From Octopus bimaculoides (taxonomy: Eukaryota): a stretch of 43,738 nucleotides of DNA. The stretch is taken from positions 4,426,893-4,470,630 of the forward strand of contig NC_068983.1 of NCBI RefSeq assembly GCF_001194135.2, written 5' to 3'. The notes below the pieces were generated by a model. The model was not told the origin of the DNA and made no database searches. It was given only the letters and a program-made list of their open reading frames with translations. Both the position numbers and the translations under genes were made by a program. How positions within the stretch are numbered: position 1 is the stretch's first letter; each line of letters starts with the position of its first letter. Of the stretch, positions 22,395 through 34,929 are shown in pieces.

Positions 22395-22590
22395 TATCAT
22401 TATTCAGTTTATTTCAAGATTTCTTGCCAATAGAGAAAGAACCGGTTTCTAACCTAGATCCAAGCTTCCTTCATTGGAATTTCAACATCAACAACAGGCT
22501 ATTTTTTTCTACGTATGTATGTATGTATGTATGTATATATGTATGTATGTGTGTATGTGTAGATTTGTATGCTTTATGCATTAAGTAATC
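22395..22590 (-). mobile_element. 3' UTR remnant of R4/Dong-like LINE, including (TACA)n
   Basis: CAGTTTATTTCAAGATTTC...AACCGGTTTCTAACCTAGATCCAAG...GGAATTTCAACATCAACAACAGG is shared with 33765-34015, which in turn overlaps the UTR attached to the RLE ORF at 34930-35383. Confidence 0.65.
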
Positions 22591-23051
22591 ATCGTATTCC
22601 AATTTCCTTCACTTTTCAATGAATATAAGATGAGTCACCATATTTTGATACAGACACAACACAGGCCATGCTTTCAGGTTTTTTGGACAAAGCTTTCAGA
22701 AATAACCCAACAGGTTTACTATTAATTCCGTGAAATATTCACGAGTCCCGCTGGTTACTATTAATGTGGTAAAACCAAAACTTGATCACGTGATTTCTTG
22801 AAAAGTCGTCTACGTACATTAACTTTTTCGATTCAACGAAAGAAGCTTCTATGAGGTTACTCACCTGCTAGAAATATCAGCCAAATTTTGAACCATTAGC
22901 TTACCGCCTATAAAAAAAAAAAACGGAAGGACTCATAAGATAATTCAGGATGTGTTGCTATGTGAATATAGCTGGTATGCAGGGAATATGTTTGATTATA
23001 AGATTAGGGGATTAGAGGTGACCCGTGGCGAAACAACAACACCAGCAGCAA

Positions 23052-23305
23052 TAACGTGTAAGTGGCTGAGCCCTCCACAGACACGTGTACTTTTAACGTC
23101 GTTCTCAGGGAGATTCGGCGTGACACATAATGTGACGAGGCTGGCCCCTTCAATTACAGGTGCAGCTCACTTTTGCCAGATACGTGGATAGGAGCAACGT
23201 GAAATAAAGTGTCTTGCTGAAGGACACAACGCGCCGCCAGGAATCGAACTCACAACCTTACGATCGTGAACCGAACACCCTAACCACTGAGCCACGCACC
23301 TTCAC
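23052..23305 (-). mobile_element. tRNA-derived CORE-SINE
   Basis: Homologous to 6541-6832 and 20962-21284. Confidence 0.85.
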
Positions 23306-23662
23306 AACAACAACAACAACAGCAACAACAATGGCTTCCTCAACGGCCAACGTAGTTTATCCGTATGCAAACACCTGTTGAGATATCGGTAAAGATAGCG
23401 TTCTGTTTATCTCCCACTCGACATAGAAATTGACCTAACTCCTTTATCTCTCGTTATCAGAGGCAACGAACCCTCTAAATATATTGGAAGGTCCCCATTG
23501 AACTTAACCATTTGACAAGGTCGAATTCAAATGAAAATTATACTACTAAATCTATTATTCCAAATAGATACAATTGTTCGTAAAATAAATTCAATATTTC
23601 GTTTTTGGATTTGGTTTGCAAGATTCTTTATGTGAATTCGTGTGTTGAAGCATATAGTAACC

Positions 23663-23751
23663 CACCGGTTCGATTTCCACTCATTTACTTATTTTTATTT
23701 ATTTATTTAGTTTTTCCATAAATAAGTAAATGAGTGGAAATCGAACCGGTG
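23663..23751. repeat. Perfect 32-bp inverted repeat with 25-nt spacer
   Basis: CACCGGTTCGATTTCCACTCATTTACTTATTT (23663-94) / AAATAAGTAAATGAGTGGAAATCGAACCGGTG (23720-51). Confidence 0.95.
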
Positions 23752-23901
23752 TGTGTGTTAAGTAATAAGGCACTAAAAGAGAATGTCTCTTCCCAGACAC
23801 AATAAATTCTATGTTTTTTTTTAAATTGTCACTTTTATCGTAACTTAAAAACAGAATTACTTTTCGAAGAATTATCCGGATTAAGGTGTTGCTCCAGCAC
23901 T

Positions 23902-23971
<70 letters not shown>

Positions 23972-24286
23972 CACACACGCATGCACACTCATATCCCCCC
24001 ACCACACACACACACACATACAGACAGACAGATCCAAAATATTCACATTTCTCAAGTCAAAGTTCGCAAGAGTAATTTCTATTCTGACGTCAGAGATTCC
24101 ACATCTTCCCCCCCCCCTTTCTCTTCCTCCCTCTGCCTTTGTCTAAAACTTTTAATACCTCATCCTGTTAACGGCTTGATATAGGAGACTTCTACGTGAC
24201 TGCTCGACCTGTGAAAGTAGCAGACAAATCCCGCTCACATCATATCCTACCAGCTTAAAAACATAAGAAGTACATTATCCAATATA

Positions 24287-25307
24287 CAGAGTATCCATAA
24301 AGTCTCTTTACAATTTCAAAAATTTATTACCAAAGCAAGTAAATAGTTAAATCTGTGGAAATTATTACAAAATGTGGAGTAGATATTGAGGGTTTTTTTT
24401 GCCTCATTTAATACATAACCACATGGGCACCATTAAGTGCACGAAGCACATCAAGACGGTAATGAATTACTTGCCATGTTTGCTGTAGCATGGCCGTATC
24501 AATGGTGGCAATAGCAACAGTGATCCTTTGTTTCAGGTCGTTGGTGTCACGCATCTTTGTTCGATACACGATGTTTTTAACATAATCCCATAGAAAAAAG
24601 TCCAGGGGAGTAATATCCGGGGAACGAGGTGGCCAGGGAATTGGACCATCCCGTCCAAGCCACCTGTTTGGAAATGTTTGGTTTAGGAAGCCATGAACAT
24701 GCAGTCTCCAATGTGGTGGTGCACCATACTGCTGGAAAATGGCGGTTGGTTGATGGTCATGCAGTTCTGGTGCCACATATTCAGTCAAAAGGTCAAGTTA
24801 ATCATTTAAAGTAATTGATCCCTCTGTGAAGAAAATGGACCACTGATTCGATTGTACATCATCCCACACCAGACATTCCCCTTTGGACTATCTCGGTGAC
24901 GTTCCCTAGTCACATGGGGTTACATGGGATCACATGGGGATGTTCTGATCCCCAGATCCTCACATTATGTTTGTTCAGTTTCCCTGAAACATGAAAGGTT
25001 GCCTCATCACTAAAACAACCTCGGGTGAGGAACGCTGCATCCTCAGAAAGTCGTTCCAGAATTTTAGCTGCAAATTCGTTTCGTCTTCGTTTATCTTTTG
25101 GTTCGAGTGCCAGTAAGAGTTGCACTTTGTAAGCGTACAATCGCAAGTTCTTGTGTAGGACTTTGTGCACTGTCTAACAACAGTACAGCTGTAACTGTCT
25201 AACAAGAGAACACATGAACTTCGTAGGAGAATCAGTAAAGGCTTGTCTTACACGATCGATGTTTTCCTCAGATAATTTTAGAAATTTTAGAGACTTTATG
25301 GACACTG
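24287..25307 (-). mobile_element. Tc1/mariner-superfamily DD41D (rosa-type) transposon relic
   Basis: Imperfect TIRs CAGAGTATCCATAAAGTCTCT / reverse complement CAGTGTCCATAAAGTCTCT, flanked by TA. Motifs CFSDEATFHVSG, FQQ(Y for D)GAPPHW and WPPRSPDITPLDFFLW, with 41 residues between the 2nd and 3rd catalytic positions. N-terminus and a middle section are deleted. Confidence 0.9.
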
Positions 25308-25989
25308 TATTTCTGGGCACATTGTCTGAAAATAAGGAGAAGTGGTCTTGAATAGAACGTTTTTATCATATGTCCTCTTGATTAGAACTAATCCGGAGTT
25401 AATCGCAACAATTAGTTTCTTAAATTTCTTGAGTCCTGGCACTCCGTCGGTTACGACACAGACGAGGTAGAAGTGTTGGTGAAGAAGTGGCTAAAACAGT
25501 GGAGGATTCGAGGGTTTGGGATTAAAGATGGCGCAAATGCATCGCTTGTTATGAAGGTCTTATTGAATAGTAAGTAGTAGGGTAACATTGAGAAGAGCAA
25601 GAGTTATTCTGTGTAATTGAAGTGACCTACATCAGTCGATTAAATAGTCAGGCCATCTTTTGAATAACTTTCGGGACAAACCCTTACATAACATTTGTTT
25701 TACACACACACACACACCCCTCCTCCTCCTCCTCCTCCTCCTCCTCCTCCTCTTCTTCTTCTTCTTCCACTACCACTACCTCCTCCTCCTCCTCCTGCTC
25801 TTCCTCTCTTGACAGACGTTTGTCACTTTAACATAAAATACAATCCAGAAGCATTGTACTCTATCTTCTTTTTCTACCTACTCACCATCATCATCACCAT
25901 TAGCCATGTTGATGTTGTTGTCGCTGTCGCTTTTCTTCTTCTTCTTCTACCTTCTTTTTTACTACTCTTATTTTAGACGATTTAACCAA

Positions 25990-26286
<297 letters not shown>

Positions 26287-26814
26287 TTGACCAAACCTGT
26301 CAAACTACATAACGCGAACCAGTAAAACTTGGTCTTCTGAATAACAGACTTCTCAATGTTTGTTTGGAACCACGAAAATTCGTTTACGCTTCTGTAAAAG
26401 CATAAACATCACAGTATCACATTTCTTTCCTTCTCTGTATAATATGAGACTCAACGAGCAGGGAGTGGCGTCTCTAGGATAAATCAATAACGTCTCAATA
26501 AAGATCAGCAATGATGGCCAGGTGAGCAGAGAGATGGAAAACACCTTTGGGTGCCAGAGATTTCTCAGACTTTGGTTACTTCGCCCCATCTCACCCCACA
26601 ATGTAGTATCTGATCTCATGGGTCAGGGTTAGAAATTAGTGCAATTTTTATTCTACTTTATCTTTACTTTTCTTGAGTCCTGGCACTCCGTCGGTTACAG
26701 CTGAGCCGATCAACGTGAAATTAACGTGCACTCCACAAACACGCATGCCCTTAGTGTAGCACACAGTGCAGTTCAGGGTAACACGGAATGTGTCAGGGCT
26801 GAACCTTTGCATCC

Positions 26815-27230
26815 AGGCCTCAAACTCATATCTCCAGAAAAGACATCCAGCACCTGGAATGGGTTCAGCGCTTAGACACTCGAATGGTCGCGGGCTTATC
26901 TAAACTTATGTATAATGAACATATCCAACAGCTGGCATTACCTTCATTCTAACGACGGAGGATGCGGGGAGATCTCATCCTGGCTTTCAACATCTTCAAC
27001 GGGAATGTAAATGTACCATTTGCGCAATTTTTCACCCCTGCGCCGGATAGGGGTCTTCGTGGGCATGATTGCAAACTCTATCCCCGACACTTTCGACTCA
27101 GCAGGCGGAAGGCCGCATTCTCCGTCCGTATCGCAGAGCCGTGGAACAAGCTACCACAAGATGTCATTCAACTGCCCTCACTCCCCTGTTCAGAGAGGCT
27201 CTGGACAACTGTGGCGACTATGTATATAAT
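26815..27230 (+). mobile_element. CR1-clade LINE ORF2 C-terminal fragment
   Basis: QKDIQHLEWVQR..TRMV.GL..L.Y......L.L.S..RRRMRGDLILAFNIF...LRGHDCKL...RRKAAFSVRIAEPWNKLP is a typical CR1 tail. In-frame stop present. Confidence 0.85.
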
Positions 27231-27343
27231 TATATATAACATTAACTGATTTTTTTTTGGTGGGCGGGGGTTACATGGCTTAAGCACATTGTGCTCTTCT
27301 CTTGCCAATTAATTTAATTTGATTTGATATGATATGATTTGAT

Positions 27344-27460
27344 TTCTGCCAGCTGAGTGAACTGGAGCAATGTGAAATAAAGTGTCTTGCTTAAGAACAC
27401 AAAGCGCTGCCAGGAATCGAACTCACGACCTTACGATTGTGAGCTGATCACGCTAACCAC
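27344..27460 (-). mobile_element. CORE-SINE 5' half
   Basis: GCCAGCTGAGTGAACTGGAGCAATGTGAAATAAAGTGTCTTGC...GGAATCGAACTCACGACC...CTAACCACT. Confidence 0.8.
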
Positions 27461-28068
27461 TCTTGAGCCCTAGGACTCATAAGTCTGTTTATGCGGTTTC
27501 CAAGGCGTATAAGTGACCGAGGTCACAGCAATCCCAACTGAACGGGACGTCGGCGTTGCAGGGTTCACGCCCGGCACCTTTCAAGGGATGGAATGATCAC
27601 ACGCTACACACCTTCCTTCCAAGCACTGCTGGAGAGAGCGGAAGTGAGCTAAAACATTAAAACATAGTGTGCATGCATAGCAGAATTCAAGGTCAATCTG
27701 CGCCAAGCAGCTTCACTCTGCGTACTTTAGCTTCGTTTCTATAGCAACAGTCCGGACACTTATTGATCAGACCACATATGCATCTACACTCATCTATTTT
27801 TCTATCACTGATCGCATTATCTACAAAGACGTATTCATATACAAAACTTCGTAGCTTTCAGTGCTGGCTCTAGTCTCTATAGAATATCTATGGAGATAAC
27901 TTTTTTAAAAAAGTGATTTAATCGCACTGCTAACACAGATAGGACACAGTGCTGACTTATGAACCTTTGATATGCTTGCTAGTATGTTATGGCTGCATAA
28001 CGAAATAATGCCTCCCTACCAACAATTCATAAAATTAACATTCCGCTGCTTATTCAATAAAGACAGAT

Positions 28069-28109
28069 ACGTTGGATTAATAACGTTGGATTAATAACGT
28101 TGGATTAAT
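28069..28109 (+). repeat. 14-bp tandem repeat, three copies
   Basis: ACGTTGGATTAATA x3 (last copy ends ...TAAT). Confidence 0.9.
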
Positions 28110-28361
28110 TACGGCAGCTAACTTCTCTGTTTCGGCAAGGAGACCTCAAAGTTTAAGCATGCGTATTTGATAAAAACCGGATTGATGCGTACCTGTGTGT
28201 GTGTGTGTGTGAACCGGTTTGTTTGTGTGTGCGGTAGCGCATATGTGCCTTGGCGGGGTCCATCAACGTATCTGAAATATTCAGCTGACGTCATAATAAG
28301 AAGGTTGTTTAGATACTGACAGGTGTAGTACGTAAGACATCGATGGAACAACACCAACAGC

Positions 28362-28920
28362 ATAGAGAAAAGAAAGGAAAAAGGAAAGAAAAGAAAAGAA
28401 GAGAAAAGAAGAGAAAGAAAGAGAAGAAAAGAAAAACGAAAGAAAAGAAAAAGGAAAGAAAAGAAAAAGGAAAGAAAAGAAAAGGGAAAGAAAAGAAAAA
28501 GGAAAGAAAAGAAAAAGGAAAGAAAAGAAAGAAAGAAAAGAAAGAAAGAAAAGAAAAAGGAAAGCAAGGAAGGAAGAAAGGAAGAAAGAAAGGAAGAAAG
28601 AAAGGAAGAAAGAAAGGAAGAAAGAAAGGAAGAAAGGAAAAAAGAAAAGGAAGAAGAAAGAAAAGGAAGAAAAAAGTAAAGGAAGAAAGAAAAGAAAGAA
28701 AGAAAGAAAGGAAAGAAAAAAGAAAGAAAGAAAAAATAAAAGAAGAAATAAAGAACAGAAAAGGAAGGAAGAAGGTGAAAAAGAAAGAAAGAGAAAAAGA
28801 AATAAAAGAAAGGAAGAATGACAAAAAGAAAGAGAAAAAGAGAAAAAGAAAGAGGAAAAGAAAGAAAGAAAGAAAGAAAGAAAGAGAAAAGAGAAAAAGA
28901 AAGAGGAAAAGAAAGATGGA

Positions 28921-28976
<56 letters not shown>

Positions 28977-28987
28977 AATAAAGAAGA
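28362..28987 (+). repeat. Polypurine (GAAA/GGAA/GAAAA)n tract
   Basis: About 625 bp, almost exclusively A/G on the plus strand. Confidence 0.95.
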
Positions 28988-29321
28988 CACATTTCCTAGA
29001 ACCTGATAAAGTCCCGCTATTTCNNNNNNNNNNNNNNNNNNTAAATATAATAACATTTCATAAATTGTGTTGAATAACTCACTTCTGTAGTGTTTAAAGT
29101 GTGATTACAAAAACATTCCCACTGCGTAACGCTGTCGTAGATGTCTATCTGGGTTATTATTGTATAGTAATAATAATAATAATAATGATAATAATAATAT
29201 TTACCTTAGTTCACTGGTAGTGAACAGCTGGCACCGTAGTACGTCTCCAGCGTTTGAAGCTGTGCAAAGACAATAAATAATAATAATAATGATAATAATA
29301 ATAATGATAATAATAATAATA

Positions 29322-29660
29322 GCCCAAGAGCAAGCATTAAGAATTAATTACATAAAATACAGAATACACAACACATCAGAAAGTGATAAGTGCAGAATCT
29401 GTGGACAAACTGGTGAAACCGTATAGCATACGTACGCCACTAAGCCCAGAAGGAATATAAGAGACGCCACGACAATATAGCAAGGCTTTTCCNNNNNNNN
29501 NNNNNNNNNNNNNNNNNNNNNNNNNNNNNNNNNNNNNNNNNNNNNNNNNNNNNNNNNNNNNNNNNNNNNNNNNNNNNNNNNNNNNNNNNNNNGAGAATAG
29601 GAAGCCAGACATAGTCTTAATTGAGAAAGAAAACAAGCTATGTTGGATCATAGAAGTTGC
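29322..29660 (+). mobile_element. R4/Dong-like RLE LINE fragment (CCHC knuckle plus endonuclease start)
   Basis: QEQALRINYIKYRI..TSESDKCRICGQTGETV...RRHDNIAR [gap] ENRKPDIVLIEKENKLCWIIEV. Begins immediately after (TAA)n. Confidence 0.85.
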
Positions 29661-29714
29661 TAGAGGTCCGTCCCTAACAACTTTACCGTTCTGTTGCCAG
29701 TTTCAGTAGAGCGC

Positions 29715-30012
29715 TTCGAGGAGACGTTTCCAACGATGCTGTTAGACGGCATGGATTCGCCTCTTCAGGTTCCGAGCTGCAAGCCCACCGACTTTTCTGG
29801 GTTAAGTTTTGCTCCCGTCATCTTTTAATATTCCTCCAATAATATACCGACCACCTCGATTTCTGGAGTGTTCGACACCATCACGGTGATGTCATCTGCA
29901 TAAGCCGACACAGCCCTTCCACGTCACGGTTCGAAGCAGCTCCAGCTTCCGCAGTAAAGGCTCAAGAGTCAATACATACAGACGGAAAGAGAGAGGGCAC
30001 CCTTGACGGACC
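29715..30012 (-). mobile_element. Tx1/L1-type reverse transcriptase fragment
   Basis: Minus strand: VRQGCPL..LYVLTLEPLLRKL...VSAYADDITVMV...TGAKLNPEKSVGLQLG, with frameshifts and stops. Confidence 0.85.
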
Positions 30013-30693
30013 GAAACAGTCTTGTTCCTTTTCCTTTTTTGAACAATTTCTTAAGGGTTGTTCTTTTGTTTTATTTTGTTTACTGATTGATTGGACTATC
30101 TTAGCTGTTCGACAATTTTCAATTGAATTTATTGCGAAACTGCAACATCTGCTCTATGACCAATATTCAAAATAAGCGCCACAACATTCGCCTTTATTTC
30201 TACGTGTATTAATCAACAGGCCATACCGGAAGTATTCAACTGATTTCGTCATATCAAGGTAATAACAGAAAAACATTCCGAGAGTCCAAGAAGTCCCTGT
30301 GCATCAATTTGTTTTGCGTGCATAAAGTGTTGCACATTACTGAACCCACTTTTCGGCGCAATCAGCAACAAAATCGGTGACACAGAAGAGGGTTGAGTCG
30401 ATCGGAAACGAACTGGCTTTGTGGTTTTTTAGTTTTTTATATACGAGTTTACTTTATCCTAGAATGAAGTTCTAACGAGAACTCGAGATCTTTCACTCCC
30501 ATTGCTTCACATGCGAGTTAACCCATAGCAGGGGCCTTAACAGATGTTACTAGTCTGGGTCAGATTAAACCCGGGAACAAAAGTAGCTGAGAGGCTGGTC
30601 CACATTCCTCAAAATCCTGCAACTCCCGCACCTTGGCCCCCACTACTGGATGCGGTTTAAAAGTCATACCCAGGACATGCTTATATAAAAAAA

Positions 30694-30946
30694 ATAAATG
30701 CGCCCTTTTAAAGCCTAGCCAGGATCATGGGCCCGGTTTACCGGTTTCAATGGTGTATGTGTTCCCCAGCTAGACGGGACGCCAGTCCATCGCAGCGTTA
30801 CTCATTTTTGCCGGCGGAGTGGACTGGAGCAACGTGAAATGAAGTGTTTTGCTCAAGAACACAACGCGTCGCCCGGTCCAGGAATCGAAACCACAATCTT
30901 ACGATCATGATGCTGACACCCTAACCACTAAGCCACGCGCCTCCAC
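30694..30946 (-). mobile_element. CORE-SINE with a different 3' tail
   Basis: Same head and core as 6541-6832, but followed by GAGTAACGCTGCGATGGACTGGCGTCCCGTC...GGCTAGGCTTTAAAAAGGGCGCATTTATTTT. Confidence 0.8.
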
Positions 30947-32413
30947 GACATACATATATATATAGACATATATAAACCAATATATACATTTATATGAGGG
31001 GCTGACTATTCGTCAGCAGACAAGACAGACTACAGACCGATGAAAAGAATCCAGTGCTGTCAACATTATGGTCCCAAACAAGCTTTATTCTTCACCTACA
31101 TCACTTAATTGTTTTTCAAATATTGGTTTTACTTGGGTTGTTCTTGTCGCTTTTGTTCCTTTTCATAATTTGAACAAATCCCTTAGGGTTGTTTTGTTTA
31201 ATTTTATTTACTGATTGATTGGGTTATTTTAGGGTTAGGGTTAGGGTTAAAGAGTCATAACCAGGACATATATACATAGACACATATAAACGAATACATA
31301 CAGACGTTTATATTAGGAAGTGACTATTCGTCGGAAGAAAAGACAGACTACAAACCAGGTGAAAAGAATCCAGTGAATATTATGTCTCGAACAAGATTTA
31401 TGTCAGAAATGTTGAAAGAGTAAAGTGAGATAGAAAGACGTGCGCTAACGCAATAACAGCATCCTATGTCGAAAGAAGATGCATGATAGCTTGGGCAGGG
31501 AAGAAATGAGGACAGGGGGTAGGAGAAGGGCTCTGGTTTGAAGGAACAGGGGTAGGATGTTGGAAAGACTACATACAGAGGTGAAGTGGGGGACGGGGGT
31601 GGTTTTTGAATAATTGTTTAATTATTCATTAATAACTGGGAATTTAATGCGTGACACATTTTATTTGTCGCTGACGCGTAATTATATGTGATTGTCTGAA
31701 AATTGGGGAAGGGGTGGGCTGTTATAGGGAGCAGAGACAGGGGCACCATAGATGGCGTGCGGATGAGACAGAAAACAAGGGGGAAATGATATTGCAACAA
31801 CAAGAGAGGTTGCAACAATAGCATACTTATAATAAAGGTGGTGGTGGTGGTGGTGGTGGTGAAATTGTTGTTGTTGGCGGTGATGGTGATGGTGATGACG
31901 ATCACGAGGAAGAGAAAGAAAATGATAATGATGGTGGTGGAGATGATGATGNNNNNNNNNNNNNNNNNNNNNNNNNNNNNNNNNNNNNNNNNNNNNNNNN
32001 NNNNNNNNNNNNNNNNNNNNNNNNNNNNNNNNNNNNNNNNNNNNNNNNNNNNNNNNNNNNNNNNNNNNNNNNNNNNNNNNNNNNNNNNNNNNNNNNNNNN
32101 NNNNNNNNNNNNNNNNNNNNNNNNNNNNNNNNNNNNNNNNNNNNNNNNNNNNNNNNNNNNNNNNNNNNNNNNNNNNNNNNNNNNNNNNNNNNNNNNNNNN
32201 NNNNNNNNNNNNNNNNNNNNNNNNNNNNNNNNNNNNNNNNNNNNNNNNNNNNNNNNNNNNNNNNNNNNNNNNNNNNNNNNNNNNNNNNNNCCATCACCAT
32301 CATCATGGCACCATCATCACCATCACCAGCATCATCGTCATCACCACCATCATCATCACCATAACCAACATCCTCATCACCACCACCATCATGGCCACCA
32401 CTATCATCATGGC

Positions 32414-32444
<31 letters not shown>

Positions 32445-33032
32445 GTCATCATTGTCATCATTACCATCATCATCGCCACCATCATTATCATCACCATCAT
32501 TATCATCACCATCATCATCATCCCGTTCACCATCACCATCTACATCATCATCGTCGTCGTTGTCATCAAGTTATCATGATCATCAAAAAACAATAACAAT
32601 AACAGCAGCAGCAGCAGCAGCAACAACAACTATAGGAACCCGAACGATTGCAGCGACATCTGACAGCGATAATAAGAACAGAAATTTGATGATTTCATTT
32701 GACTGAACAGAGGAAGGTCGCTTGCGTAAAAGAAAAGGCAAAAAAATATATATATTTCTCATTATTTATTAGTTATGTCACACAACTGGAAATTAAATCT
32801 TTGGATACACTTGTCCTAATTGTTGTTATTGTAACTGTTGTTGTTGTTGCTGTTGTGGTTGTGGTGGTGGTGATGGTGGTGGTGAGGGTGATGTTTAGCC
32901 CCAGGCAAATTCTTATTGAGTAAATATGTAATCAAAGACGTAATAGCAACCATTGCAGGTTTCCCCCAGACATAGTCCATCTACGACTACATTTTTCAGT
33001 GTTCTTTGTTTTAAACCGGTAACATATTTCTA

Positions 33033-33088
<56 letters not shown>

Positions 33089-33764
33089 GATATGCATGTA
33101 CATGCATACATACATAATACATGCATACATACAACTCAAGTAAAGAATGTTACTGGCAGATTGTGAGACACCGATGTTTCGATTTTTTTTAATCTCCTCA
33201 ATTGTGAAATCTACCCCCACCCCCGTATCAGGCATTCTTAGCAAAACCGAAATCTAATCGGTAAACAAAACATTTTCTGGTTTGTGCGAAAGCCTGTCTG
33301 ATGTATATATGAACGTATGGATAAACATCCACTCGGGCAGTGAGCGTGCGAGTGACGTTAGTACACAAGTATGTGTACGTTTCTTTACTGCGCGTGCATC
33401 TGTACGCATGTGTGTATTTCATACGTGTGTGCGATTGTGCGCATTTGTTTTCCCAGGAACCTGAAATTGAGAATCCCTGGAATGTAGCATTGTTACAATT
33501 CTTGATTCAGTTCAAAACTCCTGCAGATTTTCTCTTCATAGTTCGATGACCCTGCTGTAGCTGACTCAGGATTCCTGTCTTGTCATGCGGTATGAAGCAG
33601 TTATAGTCATGCTGGTTACCAATTTTAACTCCTAGCTTACTGTTACAGTCTTCTCTCCAAAACAGGTGTTTCTTTGTATCTAACCAGAGAGGATAATAAA
33701 TCTATTTGTTTTATGCTGAGCAAAATTAACGGCAGAAGTTTAGCGGACAGAATTTATCACACAA

Positions 33765-34015
33765 AGTCAGTTTATTTCAAGATTTCTGGCCAATAGAAAT
33801 ATAACCGGTTTCTAACCTAGATCCAAGGCTACTTTATTGGAATTTCAACATCAACAACAGGGCATTTTTGTTTGTATGTATGTATGTATGTATGTATGTA
33901 CGTATGTATGCATTTATATATGTATGTATATATGTATGTGCAGATTTGTATGTTTTATGTATGTATTCTCATGCATATAGTTACATATCTAGACATGCTC
34001 ATGTATATTTAAACG
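33765..34015 (-). mobile_element. 3' UTR remnant of R4/Dong-like LINE
   Basis: Shares GCAGATTTGTATG...CATGCATATAG..CATATCTAGACA.GCTCAT with 35012-35098, and its terminal block with 22395-22500. Confidence 0.7.
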
Positions 34016-34929
34016 CTGTTCTATAACCCTGCGCTCCTACGAAACTGGGAACAAATGAGATTCTATAGCCTACACATCAGAGCTGTAAACTTCATATTAC
34101 CTCTCTACAGATGTTCTCCTTTGCCCTGATTTTTGACGAGACATTCACACCCGCCGAGCACCTGATCCGTACAGCGCAGCTTAATTTTTGGTCTCTGTCC
34201 CATAAAACAACATCTGGCCCGTTGTGCTTACATTGAGTTATTGTTTGTATTGCAATAGTCCACCAGTATTCTCTATTTTTAAAGATGTGAATTTTGCTGT
34301 GCTTTTCGTATGACCTGTGTGTATGTATGCATGTTTGTAAATATGTAAGTATGTATGTAATACAGAACAGCCATTTGCATGGCCTGGTCGTCGGTGACTA
34401 AATTAACAACTACACGAAGCTTCTTTTGTGCAGCGGGTGACTGGAAACCCTGCAGGACGAGAAACAAAATCTGTCAAAGGGCAGACGAACTCATTAACGT
34501 CAACGGCCATTCAATACTGTGTATCCAATCTTGGTCCTGCAAGTTCTGATGGACAGCAGAAGTTCCTGCATCAATCATCGACAAACTGTTGACTTTGGTG
34601 CAGAAAACATAATGACTGCGCGGGGGATCGATTCGTTTTCAACAACAGACAGGCACAAAAGGTTCAGTCACAAGAGAACCTTGTGAATTAGAGTGCAGAC
34701 ACGGTATACTATATTACTTGGAGTGAGTGACCTCTAATCATTGTTAGTATATCGTTCTAGGAGGTGGAAATCGCTGATATATGAGAAGCGATTCGATGGT
34801 AGCCACTTCTTGGAGTAAATCTCATCATTGTTCCGAGAATGGGATTGTATGTGTTCAAGGCTTCTTTCGCTTGATATACCAGCGTCATCATCTTATACTC
34901 GAAAACGAGGAAAAGGTCATCCTCTGTGT

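Noticed and set aside
28069-28109. Short direct repeats as a CRISPR-like array
   Set aside because: The repeats are contiguous with no unique spacers, the context is eukaryotic, and there are no cas genes.
28118-29056. Lys/Arg/Glu-rich and Phe/Leu/Ser-rich ORFs
   Set aside because: They are translations of the polypurine tract, which cannot contain stops on either strand. No splice or domain evidence.
31229-31249. (TTAGGG)3 as an interstitial telomere or fusion scar
   Set aside because: Only three units, embedded in a duplicated unit whose paralogue lacks them. More likely local slippage.
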